Shown one piece after another: positions 24,965 through 38,700 of a stretch of DNA of 64,000 nt. The stretch is taken from the NCBI GenBank assembly GCA_002633005.1, contig NMRA01000025.1, positions 1,354,390 to 1,418,389 on the forward strand. The letters run 5' to 3'. Made by a program: the position numbers and the translations under genes. The first letter of the stretch is position 1. Every line of letters starts with the position of its first letter. Below the pieces are notes generated by a model that saw nothing but the letters and a program-made list of their open reading frames with translations, was not told the DNA's origin and did not search any database. This DNA is from Phoronis australis (Eukaryota > Animalia > Phoronida).

Positions 24965-27900
24965 ACTGGGTGCAGCCCGGACACAATGCCGAGTATGACA
25001 TTATAAATACATCTGGCGCTTATATAGGCACTGTGTTACCAAAGAAATATTTTCTCATGTGAATTGTATTTAGCTTTAAAATAACTGCGAGCGGTGGAAG
25101 AAAAAACTCTGGCGCTTAATAATAAATCAACATCCGAAAGCGGATTCCTGGCAGATGCGTATCGCGATCCGGCCGGCTTGGGGCAAGTCTAATCTTTGTG
25201 ATGCGGCCCGCTGTGACGAGAATAATAAAGACCCGCCGAGCACATTTTTTTCTTGACAAAGAATTTTGCCATAGGACATCTTATAAAGAACGTAGCTGTC
25301 AAAACAAGATATTACACCACAGACTTGGTATTCAAAATTGACAACGAATGTTGCCTTCAAAAATCGATTCCTGTCTAGAGTTGTGCTCGTGGTTAGATAA
25401 TTCGTAAAAAATTCATTATGCTGACTGTCATTAACTTAAAAAGGATTTCGTTTTTAAACGCAACTCGGGCGGCATATACGTATTTCAGGACTATTGTTTG
25501 TAAGCAGAATCTTGTATTGTAATATTTTTCATGATTATTCACGCAATCTTGATAACTGGACATTCTTGGGAGGAAATGGGTGATCTTTCAAGGCACCTTA
25601 GCCATAAATTTTTGACAGTCCAACAAAAAGCAAAAGCACGTTATTTTCCTGGCGGATTCGTCAGCGACGCATGTTGACAAATTTGAAAACCATGATATAG
25701 TAAAAAATCCCGAACTGTGGCCCAGTTCCATTATAACCCACAAGTGTTGCCATATGTGTATGGATTGTAAATGTGCGGCGCGTGTCTCCTATTTGTTTGA
25801 ATAGCCCAAGCAATCACAACCCGTTCGTTCTCTGATACACACCAGTTGTTGATTCTTCGGCTACGGTAGGTGGCGCTGCGAGGTCAGCTTATTTTTACCG
25901 GAGGTGTACCCCAGTGCAGTCAATGTTTTTTGTTCAGTAAAAAAGTTACTGCCTTTTAAGTATGGTTCATGTGAAAGCAATCACTTGAGGGCACTTCGAC
26001 TGGCTGGCGTCGTCTTACCGACACCCGGCCTGAGGAAATTATTTGACTGACTTGAGCAGTTGAAAATACCCCCTTTACTGTGCTCCGTCTCACTGACATT
26101 TTTACGGGCAGCGTATACATAGACACAAAGGATCGTGGGACAGCGGTCATCCAAACAAGTAGCCCTAGGCCTAGTGCAGTGTAGATGTGGATAATACTAT
26201 TTCACGCAGACACATGTTAGTAAACCGGTAGCGTCTATCCAAAATCAACTGCCACGTCACCGAGCCACTATTGTGATCGCTCTCGGTGACATTTCCCCCA
26301 CATTCTGGATTAGATGGCTCATACTCCGAATTGATGCTCTGGGCTGCGCACGCATACGAATTTTCGCTGTACATAAAGCTGAATCCCAGGAATTGAATGG
26401 ATCTCGTAATCAAGATTTTTTACAAGTTTTAAAAGAGAATTTTCTCCCTTCTCGTGACACCCGTCATGTAATGCGGTCTCAGGGTTTTCCACGCCATTGA
26501 AAGCAATTGGTCTCCACTGACAATTGCAATTCATACAAGCTTCTCAATTTTGGAAGGTTTTGTTAATTCTGTCAAAAATTATTTCTTGACACTGCGTTGC
26601 ATGCTATAAAGGATGTTGGGTGCCGAAAATCGTCGTTTTCTATCATAGTCGGCAGGAAGGCTTTGACTAGACCTGGTCTGTGTCATTGGATAACCTTGTT
26701 TGACGTATAGATATGCTTTACTTCATTGTATTTTCTTCTTCATATTTCGTTTTAGTTAAAGCTGCAGCATTTCGCCCTGTGTAGCTGGAATAAATCAAAT
26801 GAATTCCTTGACACTCATAATATATCAAAATATTCCCCTTCCTTTCCATTACCAAGAAGAACATCCGGGAACTATGAGTGACTCAAAAGTAACGCTCACA
26901 GTTCATTGGGGTTGCCCAACCCTATCATTCAGAGGTCGAAATTGGCGCATGTGCGGAAAAGTAATCTTATCACGGTACGGATTATTATGATATCGTTTTT
27001 ATGATAGAAAAAGACCGTTCCTTTCCAGCCGGCAGCACAGTGGTAAAAACAAATGTAATTTTAAGGCAACGGTGAAGTGCTGAAAGAAATTTTGTGATTT
27101 ATTAATGTGGAATAGAGTGTGCTATTTTCCTTTTCAAAATACTGTCAAAATAAAATTAAACCTTTGATGGGTACGTTAATCAATTTTAAGAATCGAGAAA
27201 GTCTTTTCAGCATTGTCACGTGACTTCTGTCAATTGTCAGCTTGATGGTCGCTCGGCATTAACTTGACTCACTTCCTAATACCGTTCGACGTGTTTAGTC
27301 TGGTAACTCGCCAGGTAGAAAATTGACAATCTATACTTTTGTAGTATTTTAGGAACCAGAATCATTCAGAAGAATGAGAAAAGTCATTTATCACCATCGT
27401 AACGTTAATTCTATCAATTGTGATCAGAATGGTCGGCCCACTTGCTAATACCGCGAGTCTTCTTCAGTTGAAGCTGGTAACTCGCCTCGATCGAAACTCT
27501 CCAGGTAGAAAATTGACAATTATTACTTTTATAGTGTTTGTAGTGTTTCAATATGTTAATCGTATGACTAGAAAAATCTGGCAACATAACTTTTGGCAAT
27601 TGTCACCTGAATGATGCCAATGTGGGCCGACTAACTGCACCCTCACCCATGTCCCTCTAATGTCAGAAAATGTTATAAAGTTTGCTATTTAATAAATTTC
27701 GAATTGCACTATAGTTGGTGTTTAATTGTGATTAGAATGTAATTAATGAGATTTTCCACGTGATCTCTCGCCACGTCAGTCACGAGAAGCCAACAAAGTA
27801 CCAGATGGTGGTGGTTGATTTGAGCGATGAGTTCTCCGACAACGGATCATTCGAAATACATTCCTAGTGTTCTTCGTCTTTATTATCGTTGTCAGAATCT

Positions 27901-29644
27901 TCTGATTAAAACAAGTTGTTTCATCCACGTGCCACGCATATTGATCCAAAATGTTCCCACTCGGTATGCCTGTCCGATTCGTCCGCTGCCAAGTGGAATT
28001 GTGAAGCACAATCACGTGACTGATTAAATCACGGACACTGAAGTAAGGGGTGATAAGTCTGATTTATTTCCAGTGTAAAACAAAAAAGTTTAATCAGGTT
28101 TATAGTCTCAACTAAGTATGTATTCACTAAACGCGCATTGGTTTGTAAATAGGACATTCAGTTAAAGTCGATCATTTGCCATATTAAAACTGTCAATTTA
28201 TACTTTGTTGTGTCTCTGTAATGTTAATCACTCTGAAGAATGACACGAAAATTACTTTCCCAAATGTAACTTTACTTCTGCCGTTTGTCAAACTGGTGGT
28301 CCTGCAGCGGTATACAGCGTACGATAATGAACAATTGATAACATGCGCAAAAATGAACAGAATTACATAAATTTTCTAATACGACAGACCTTTTCCATAA
28401 AAAAATAATTCGAATGAGCTTTTCTTTTTTTATATTTGCAAGAAATATGCGAGGCAGAGGCCCTCGACTTCCACGTTGAGTCACGTGACCTTCAGGTACT
28501 GTCTCGCGAGCATGCTTGGTCTGGCGTGAATGTGTCCAACGTCATAGGACTTTGATATTTGTTATCCCAATACAATGTAGGTTAGTTATTGAAATTATAA
28601 GGTTATCGGTCAATTAGGAAAGCCAGTTTTGTCATGATAATTACGCAGAACTCTGGCCGAGACCATTAAAATACTTTTGCGGATAAATCGGTTAATTTGT
28701 CGAAGACTGAACATAATAAGCTTTTCAAAAACATTTTTAGGTTTAAGCTTAAAAGCAACCAGAAGTAAGTAGAAATGGCAAACTAATTCTGAAAGACGGG
28801 AGACGAATGCAAATTCATCCGATTGTCACGTATACCAGAGCTGGAAATAGCCAACTCATGTCGCACGGCAATCCAGCGTTTGATTTCGTAACCAAATTTT
28901 TATTCTACTAAGAGATGTTACCTCTCGATCCAACTGAATGTGTTTTGACTCTTTCCCTCTTTTCCTCACATACACCCACGAGATTAATTTGCCTTTGGCT
29001 TTTTTACGCCGGATTTGAGTCGTACTGAACACCTCCAGCATAGGCCATTTTCACAGCGCTCAGCAACAAAACAAGGAGGTTACCGCCCCTATTGCAATTT
29101 ACCTTGACTGGAAGCTTTTGTTAGGAATCACAAAACACAACTGTTAGCTTTTTTGCTTTCCGATAGCGCGGGTCAAGCCTAATAATTTCAAGAAGTCAAT
29201 ATTACCCAAACATGGCCCCCCAAAAATGCGTTTTCGACTGCAAAGCCGAGTGTGCCCTTTTAACTTGTTAATATAGTGTACTGCCAACGGATTTCTTTCA
29301 AAAACTATCAATTTATACTCAAGAGAAGGATTTATACCTATTATAACCTTACTTCTGTCAATTTCGATTTCATGGTTCGGCATGAATTTTGGCTTACTTG
29401 CTAACAGAGTGCGCTATCTAAAACTGGTAACTCGCTGGGTAGAATGACAATTAAGACAAATTAATCCCTTACATATATTATACCACTAATTGCAATCTTA
29501 ATGGTCGCTCGGCGTTAAATCACTTGCTAGTACAGTGCGCCGTTTCAAAAGTTATCAATGCTTTCCATTCCTTGTAATGAATACTTTCTGCAGCAGTTGC
29601 CAATTTCACTCCCCATTTCTTCCCCAAAACTGTCATTACGTTAC

Positions 29645-32600
29645 CATTTTAAAATTCTTGAGTAAGCTCTACAAATCCGTCACAAAATGTAGCACGTACA
29701 GCGATTGAAGTTTTGGTGTGTTCGTTTTTTACGAATACTAACATTTCATTGTGACCTTTTGACACCGAGTGTCGCTTGATGACTGACAAGACGCTGCGCG
29801 TGCACAAGTTCAAGAGTGTTATCAGGGGAGAGGTGTTTTTGTAAACACAGAAACAAAAGAGCGATTGTTTACGTTTCACAATTTCAAAAGTACAACAAAT
29901 CCAAATTTTTCGGGGTTTGATATTTGAACGTGTGGATTTATGTTCCGTGATGTAAAATGTGCAAAAATAATTAGGTTTGGCACATTGGTGGCCCTTAAGG
30001 TTTTGTAGTACGCTAAAAATGTCAGAACGTCATATTATCTCAGAAACGGCTACCATCACATTCATACGAAACTTTCCCTTATGCTTTCCGTACTGTTCTC
30101 AATTTACTATGTTATCCCACTCTCTGAGTGAGCAGCCTCCGAATTTCCATTACTGCAGGAGAGGATATGGAACGTTCATATATTATGTCATCCAAAATTT
30201 GCCCCTTTGTCACCAACCTCTCAAATTATGTCATTAAAACCAACCCTCCCCCCGTTTTTGGAAGAACCGACAGTTCCTTTGAGATTCTGTCTTTATGAAT
30301 GTCCTTTCATAATCGTATATGCATTTGCCGCTGTTGTAGTCAGTAATGAATTGGTGTACAAAATTTCAACCATCAAATAGTGCTGTTGATGTAAATACCC
30401 TAATAAACCATACGATGACGCCACCACGAGTCTAACCCCCTTCCCCCTGTCATAAATCGTCGTCTTCTCCAAACACTGGAAACTGTAGCAGCGTTTTGAG
30501 ATTTCATCTTGAACTTCTCAAATGAAATTTGCTATGTGTTGATATCGTTCTTTTGCTATCCCATTCTGTTTTCGCTAAATGTTAGTACAAAGAAATGGTC
30601 ACTTGAACCAAGTAATGACAGATCTGTACCAAATTAAAGTCTATAGGCTTGTACTTTATGAAAATACACATTTATACAAGGCCGCTTCTATAGTTTTCTA
30701 GCTAAATGCATGGAATTGTCGATAAGGTCCGGTTCTAGGACAAAATAACAGTAGTTAAATCATCCATGCTATCTTTGTTCGTCTCTTTGTTCATTTTTAT
30801 CCCATTGCCTTCCCCACCACAGTAGAACGAAAAATTACAAAAATATGGCAAACAATCATTTATACACGAGAAAGGATCGCAGATATGGTAGCTTTAACTC
30901 AAGACTTTCCCGTGGTGGCGTGGTATGATTCATGCACATGCAGCCTTATCCCTCAAGCCTCAAGAGGCGCTGATCGGTTCAGCCATTTGGGAAATGAAAT
31001 GTGTCAGAATTCTGAAACATTTTTACGGAAATCGCCGGAATATCACAAGAAACATAATATTGAATTTTTCTGCAATTTCATACATAGTTTTATATGATAA
31101 TTAACGGTATGTTCGGTCTAAATTATTGCAAAAATAATGTACTAATTTCCATGATACTGTCAACAACAAGAATTGAAAATAAGCATACCAACAACCTTTA
31201 TTTCAGACAATAACCAAAGCATGAATGGCAGCAACAACGCCTGTGTNCGATTTTAAAATTCTTGAGTAAGCTCTACAAATCCGTCACAAAATGTAGCACG
31301 TACAGCGATTGAAGTTTTGATGTGTTCGTTTTTTACGAATACTAACATTTCATTGTGACCTTTTGACACCGAGTTTCGCTTGATGACTGACAAGACGCTG
31401 CGCGTGCACAAGTTCAAGAGTGTTATCAGGGGAGAGGTGTTTTTGTAAACACAGAAACAAAAGAGCGATTGTTTACGTTTCACAATTTCAAAAGTACAAC
31501 AAATCCAAATTTTTCGGGGTTTGATATTTGAACGTGTGGATTTATGTTCCGTGATGTAAAATATGCAAAAATAATTAGGTTTGGCACATTGGTGGCCCTT
31601 AAAGTTTTGTAGTACGCTAAAAATGTCAGAACGTCATATTATCTCAGAAACGGCTACCATCACATTCATGCGAAACTTTTCCTTATGCTTTCCGTACTGT
31701 TCTCAATTTACTATGTTATCCCACTCTCTGAGTGAGCAGCCTCCAAATTTCCATTACTGCACGAGAGGATATGGAGTGTTCATATATTATGTCATCCAAA
31801 ATTTGCCCCTTTGTCACCAACCTCACAAATTATGTCATTAAAACCAACCCTCCCCCCGTTTTTGGAAGAACCGACAGTTCCTTTGAGATTCTGTCTTTAT
31901 GAATGTCCTTTCATAATCGTATGATGCATTTGCCGCTGTTGTAGTCAGTAATGAATTGGTGTACAAAATTTCAACCATCAAATAGTGCTGTTGATGTAGA
32001 TACCCTAATAAACCATACAATGACGCCACCACGAGTCTAACCCCCCTCCCCCTGTCATAAATCGTCGTCTTCTCCAAACACTGGAAACTGTAACAGCGTT
32101 TTGAGATTTCATCTTGAACTTCTCAAATGAAATTTGCTATGTGTTGATATCGTTCTTTTGCTATGAAAGTTCCATTCTGTTTTCGCTAAATGTTAGTACA
32201 AAGAAATGGTCACTTGAACCAAGTAATGACAGATCTGTACCAAATTAAAAGTCGAAGTCTATAGGCTTGTGCTTTATGAAAATACACATTTATACAAGAC
32301 CGCTTCTATAGTTTTCAAGCTAAATGCATGGAACTGTCGATAAGGTCCGGTTCTAGGACAAAATAACAGTAGTTAAATCATCCATGCTATCTTTGTTCGT
32401 CTCTTTGTTCATTTTTATCCCATTGCCTTCCCCACCACAGTAGAACAAAAAATTACAAAAATATGGCAAACAATCATTTATACATGAAAAAGGATCGCAG
32501 ATAACTCAAGACTTTCCCGTGGTGGCGTGGTACGATTCGTGCACATGCAGCCTTGTCCCTCAAGCCTCAAGATGGCGCTGATCGGTTCCGCCATGTGGGA

Positions 32601-32854
32601 AATGAAATGTGTCAGAATTCTGAAACATTTTTACGGAAATCGCCGGAATATCAAAAGAAACATAATATTGAATTTTTCTGCAATTTCATACATAGTTCTA
32701 TATGATAATTAACGGTATGTTAGGTCTAAATTATTGCAAAAATGATGTACTAATTTCCATGATACTGTCAACAACAAGAATTGAAAATAAGCATACCAAC
32801 AACCTTTATTTCAGACAATAACCAAAGCATGAATGGCAGCAACAACACCTGTGT
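29645..32854 (+). repeat. ~1.6-kb tandem duplication (29645-31246 / 31250-32854)
   Basis: Near-identical copies differing by scattered SNPs and small indels; an N lies at the junction (31247). Confidence 0.95.
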
Positions 32855-33161
32855 AAATAATTAAAATCTGGTTTTGTTTTAATGACGTCAAGGAAGCGGC
32901 CAATCATTGGGCAGGAGGTAATTGACCTATCGCCATAATTTGAGTGAAGGCGTAACTGACCATTTAGAACGCATCATTATTGACCCACCTTCGTTTTCAA
33001 GCCGCCATTTTACCCCTCAAACAACATGTTGCCGGGTAAAACTTATTGTTTGTTAGTCGTCATTACGCAAGGGGACGGAGCTAGCGATAGGTCAATTCCC
33101 ATAACCCAGCCTCAAATGGCTAAACCGATCAGCGCCATCTTGAGGCTTGGGGACAAGGCTG
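32548..33161. mobile_element. MITE, 614 bp, ~50-bp TIRs, 9-bp TSD (MULE-like)
   Basis: TIR CAGCCTTGTCCC(T)CAAGCCTCAAGATGGCGCTGATCGGTT; TSD gtgcacatg (32539-32547) / atgcacatg (33162-33170). A duplicated left end begins at 30941. Confidence 0.8.
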
Positions 33162-33599
33162 ATGCACATGTTAAAAGTAAGATGCCATCAACAATACCTT
33201 ATTTACCCTTTCATTATGAGACAAAAAGGTTATATGTGGTACGCTACATGTAAGAAGTTTTCGAAAATTGATTTGAAAAAAACAATGTTGTGGAGGACAC
33301 CTTGTTCAGTAATGTTTCCTCATTAAATTAAACCTCATGCAGGACTTTGCAAAAGTTGATACAGATGGACAGACATAGGGTGTTACAAGAAGCACATTCA
33401 ACTTGTTGAAATGAGATTCATTATGCAAACCTTATTACTTGGTAAAGCCCTCACTTCTAGGCCGCTCCCAAGAATAAAGACTGACATGAGGTAGATTACA
33501 ATATGCTTTAAATCCCTCAAAAGTTTACGGTTTTGCAAGTTAGCCTCGTCTTACAATAATGTACAGTACAGTAAAATCTCACCAGAAAGGTCACAATAC

Positions 33600-33756
33600 C
33601 ATGGGCGACGCACCCATAGGGGGTTGGGGAGGGGGGGCTATAGCACCGCCCCCCACTTTTTTCAGTGCTGCGCCGCCCATGATCTATAGGCGGTGCACCA
33701 CAAGGGGGCTGGGGGAGGGTATAGTTCCCCACTTTTTCAGTGCTGCGCCACCCATG
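33600..33756 (+). mobile_element. Dimeric ~150-bp MITE family (CATGGGCGGCGCA...TGCGCCGCCCATG), copy 1
   Basis: Terminal inverted repeats and two subunits, each ending TTTTCAGTGCTGCGCC.CCCATG. Confidence 0.7.
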
Positions 33757-35205
33757 AATGTGGTAGACAGTTGAAATTTTATTTTCTCATTTTTTCATGT
33801 AAGATATTTAGAACAAAATGAATGCTTTACAATGTTCAGTTGTGGTGTGCGATATTTGACATACCGGTAACACAAATTTATGAAAGGTTTTGGGCACTCA
33901 TAATTTAAGAAGACCTTGAAAAATGATGAAAAGTCGATTTTGGCAATAATGAAATTTATGCAATTGTACACAAGCATTCTTTTTCAAAATATTTTCCATA
34001 ACCCCCATTGTAATTCTTTACATTTTGCCACTGGCTTCTATCATAACTATTACACAACTTATTATAGAAATCTATGCTCCTATGAAATCAAGTCTAATCA
34101 GTTTTCGAAGGAGGTAACTTCTAGTGTCGGAAAGTTTCTCAACAGTGTTCCCATAAGAATAGAAAAATATTCAACAGGAACCATTTTGTTGCTATACGGA
34201 CCTTCATGAGGGTATAAAGAATTTTTTGTATCCATGATGGTAATCATTTATGACCTTTTAGATGTCGATGGTACACTGATGAACTAAGAAACTTTCCCAC
34301 GAACATATGCTTTCTCTCCACCCTTTGCCGAATTCCTGGTATTGAGAGAAGTATTATGAACAAATTTTAGAGAATTTGAAAGTATTTTTCTTCCCAATAT
34401 TCCCCAGTATTTCCCAATATCTTCTTTAGTAAACTAGTTCAATAAAAAGCTATAATTTGAAACAAAATGGAGGGTGGTCCTAAATAATCAACTACGGAAT
34501 GAATAGTGGAGTTTAGCCTAGCTCACAGATGTTCGGATTTTTTTGCTTGATACAAAATTAAAATGATTTCATATACCCTTTACTCATAGGCTACCAGTGC
34601 TTGGAATGACCCATGACAAAAAAGAGGAGATTTTTCCACATGATGTATCATTCTACAAATAATTAGGCTGATGTGATAGAAATATTCTTGTGTTGTAAAA
34701 TTTAACTGCAAGAAACGTTTTTGCATGAATGAAGTCATAACAATGATACAGAGATGAAAAAAGAGGAAAAGAGAAATCAAATAAGAGGAAATTGAAACCA
34801 AAAAAGAGGAAATTTTCTTAAAAGAAGAAAATTCCAAGCCCTGGATACTGGGGCAAATAACAATCAGTGTCAATGAAAACAAAACGGTGATTGCATTGTC
34901 ACGTTACTCTGGCATGGGCAATAGTTATTTACAGGGTTGGCAGATTTTAAGAACCAGTTTGATGCCCATTTATCAGTGAAGAAAACTGGTTCTCAAAATG
35001 CAGTACCCTTTAATTCACTACTACTGGAGTAAGAGTAAATGTATGAAAAAATGAACACATGTCAACATCTACCATTTTATAAATGAAAATCAAGTTTAAA
35101 TCACATAATATTTTGAAAATTGGCTCCCTGGTTTTACAAAAGTGCCTCACACATTAGCATACAAGCCTAAATCCAGATATAGACATCTTTACATCTCGCT
35201 GTTCC

Positions 35206-35776
35206 TTAGTCGTGCATTACGGCCACAACCCTCGCTTGCTTCCTCGCCAAGAAGCGAGCCCTTGCATCATTTAACGTCTCACCTACATTGCGACGGGCAA
35301 ACTTTTCCATTCGACTTTTCACAGGATTCACTGTTGTGGTTTTTTCTTTAGATGTTTGCGAGTCCTCCTCGTCAGAACTACTATCATTGGGTGAGTCAGC
35401 GTCAGGGTTGTCATTATCACCGCCAGAAACATTGCCGGCATCCTTGCTCAAGATGGGCTCACTCTCGCTTTTGTCTAATTTTGTTTCTGAAAAATCTTTG
35501 CATCTGTCACTGTCAGGGTGCCCATCTGATTTACTCCATTCTTTTGTATCAGTTTTCCTTTTACTTTCCAAATCCTCGTTCTCTGACTTTTCACTCTTCA
35601 CAGATTTGCTTTCTTTATTACTTCTCCCCCCTTCTTTAGCCCGCGACTTTTCTTCCTCGGAACTATTGTGATGACCTTTGACCTCTGACCTCCTCCTACT
35701 GTCTTCGCCATCTGATGAAGATTCGCTATGTGATCTCCGTCTTCTGTAAGACTTAGCTTTACGCTTGCTTTCTTCC
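35206..35776 (-). CDS. NSRP1: NSRP1 last coding exon (charged R/S/E/K-rich region and C-terminal ARARFLARK motif)
   Basis: ttttccag acceptor; open frame to TAA at 35206-35208; includes ORF 35206..35601. Confidence 0.93.
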
Positions 35777-38700
35777 CTGGAAAATCAAAGCCACAGTGTG
35801 AGAGACCAAAAGTTGGTATCATAACATTTCATAGTTGCAAGTTTTTTCACATCAAGAGAGGAAAATAATTGGTGTCTGACTTGTTTTCATATTCACAACT
35901 ATACATTTTACATTATAATTTACTAGTCAAATATTTAAAATTACTGGAAGCAGCAAAGTGTTGTTTTCAAGCATTTTCTCAGACCCGCACTGTATTCTCT
36001 TTGTCCCCTGCTAACCAATAATTGAAAAGTAAGACCAGCATCCCAAATCCTGCAAATCTTTTGAGTAACTACTTCACTGTCTCGCTGTTGCTTTTTCCAC
36101 TTTGTAACACATGCAGAATTTCCAATTCAGTTCACAGTTATCATTCACTTGCAGCAGATATCAACAACTTAAATAACAAGTAACGTAGAGCGTTGAAATG
36201 TGCCCACGACAACACCACAAACGGTGTGCTTCTATAGGTGCTTTTAGCATTGTAACAATGGCTATTGGATGGCGCAGAATGCGTCAAATCCGTCTGAATT
36301 GAGAAGGTGGCACTGTCTCAGTAATACACAACTATTTGTAAAATTTCATGAAAATATGCCAAGGAACTCCTAAGATATAGAGGCAAATGTAAAAAACAAA
36401 TGACCGGTTGGTCTGAAACACATTGTCATCTGTTGCAATCTCTACAGGACCCCATCTGCCAAATTTCGCAAAGATCCTTCAAAAGGTTAAGGAGATACAG
36501 CTGTAAACATTACAAAAGCAAAAGTGGCCTTAGGGAGCACCAGCATAGACGAAAACACCCAAAAATCAATGTCACACGGCGTCTTCGCATCAGGAACACA
36601 ACCATCACTTTTTGTAATGATTCTTTGAGTGGTTTGGCAAATTATTCCTAAATTTTCCGGATTTCTCTGCTTCAATCTACATTGATCAACTGCTTCAAAA
36701 TGCCGATATTAAAGGTACTTTTTATTTTCAGCTGATTTTAAAAGAGAAATGAATGCTCAAAATCCATATTTTAAAACCTACACGAAGCAAGAATTCAGGT
36801 CATAAAAGTACATAGAATCTGGGTGAATCCGTAACATCTGACAGCCTTGGCACAACACCAGTAGCTGGATTAGTCCCAATATCAACGACATCCATGCCCT
36901 TCTGCCAAAGGACATGCCGACCAATTTCACACCATCCCTCACGAAACTTGATTTTGAGGTAGGCACAAAAAAGAATAAAACCACCACTTGGGGGAGTAGC
37001 AGTATGTGGATCCGTCCAAACATACACTTGTCAACAGCAACATTACCCTCAAATTTCATGATGCTTCTTCAAACTATATGTCCGTCACAGATGTAACCAA
37101 AACACTAAAACTGCCACTAGGCTGTGCATCAGTAGTAGACTCATCCCAAAGATTTATACACGTACACTTCATCCAGTCCTTCAGTTGTTTACCTTTATTT
37201 TAAACACCAGTGTAAACAAACAAGTAGATAATATCAGACTTAATTACATCAGCCTTCACAAAGACTAACTCAAGTGCCCGTGACGTATGGCTATGGTAAT
37301 ATCCTTGAATCACTTCTGCCCAATTCCACAAAAATCGAGATCAAGAGACAAACATAAAAAAATAAAATTGCCACTAGGGAGCACAATGGTAGTTGTGATC
37401 CATCCAATGATTTGCTAGTGTCGTCTCATCCATAATAGGAACATGTCTGCAAAATTTCCCAAACATCCACCAAGCGGCTTTGGAGATACAACAGCAGACA
37501 GCACCACTGCATGGATAAATGAGGTGGATGGCTTATGTGTCCACATATATGTGGGTGCAAAAAATCTTAAAAAGCAGATTCCTGGGACAGTAACACTTAC
37601 CTTAATTGTGTAGCTTCTCTATTGGGCTCACTTTTGATGACAGGCTGCTCCGTGCCTCCCTCTGGTGGCACAACTCCACCAGTTCGCTGGTCGAGGATAT
37701 GTCTGTAGAATCCACTCATGTCACTCTGCTTAGTAACGTCATTTTTAGCTAAAGGGACAAGAAAAAGGATGAGTGACAGCGAAACTCTCATAGTTGGATG
37801 ACTGTGAAGACTACATTAAGAGATCAGGTGACTACTCAAAGTTAATTCAACCATTTAAAACAACAGAAATGGCCAACTAACTAATGCACAATAATTAACA
37901 GGATTAAATAAGTAAAAAACATAGTATAATATATTAAGATAGTAATTTCGAAAGATTCAATTGTTTTTTATCACTATCTTAATAGCTATATTTATACAAT
38001 TACTAAAATCCCAAGAACTTTTATCAATATCATAATTATTCAAATTTTAATTGTACATTATAAAAATCTAGAAGTTAAAATAGAATCATTGTCTTATTCA
38101 ACAACCTGAAAGTAACAACGCTAAAACAGATTCTCCCTCAAGTAACTCCGTCGCCATGTTAACAACATTGCATGAGGGCTTACTCCACTGAATCACCTAG
38201 TGACTTGATGGTGTGTAGGCCAGGGTCAATCATTGGTGTCACAGCCCTGAAGCTCAACATGTGATACTAACCACAGTTACATAAACACTGGATTGTGATC
38301 CTACCTATGTTTTGTTGTGTTGTAAATTGCCAAAATCAAGCAACATAGACTGAATTCTACAACAAAATTCACCTCATTAGCAAGCTCAAACAAGCAAAAT
38401 TAATCAGTATTGAAGAATCTTCAGGAATAATCTCAACTGCCACAGCGGTATGAAAGGTGACCATGGTAGTTTCACTTGGGCTTAGACACACTCAAACTGT
38501 TACTGAAGTTTTCTGAAGACAAGCTCACCTGCAGATAACTTTTCTGTAGGTACGCCAATGGCATACATTGAGGAAAAAATGCGCATGGTTGAATCCTAAA
38601 ATTTTCCTCAGTTTCACAGAAAACCGTAACTAAAGTAAATTTTCAACAACATACTTCTACATGTGGAGACAATCTTATAACGACAATCATATAACGACAA

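Noticed and set aside
35288-35671. Ser/Leu-rich plus-strand ORF
   Set aside because: It is the antisense shadow of the NSRP1 last exon.
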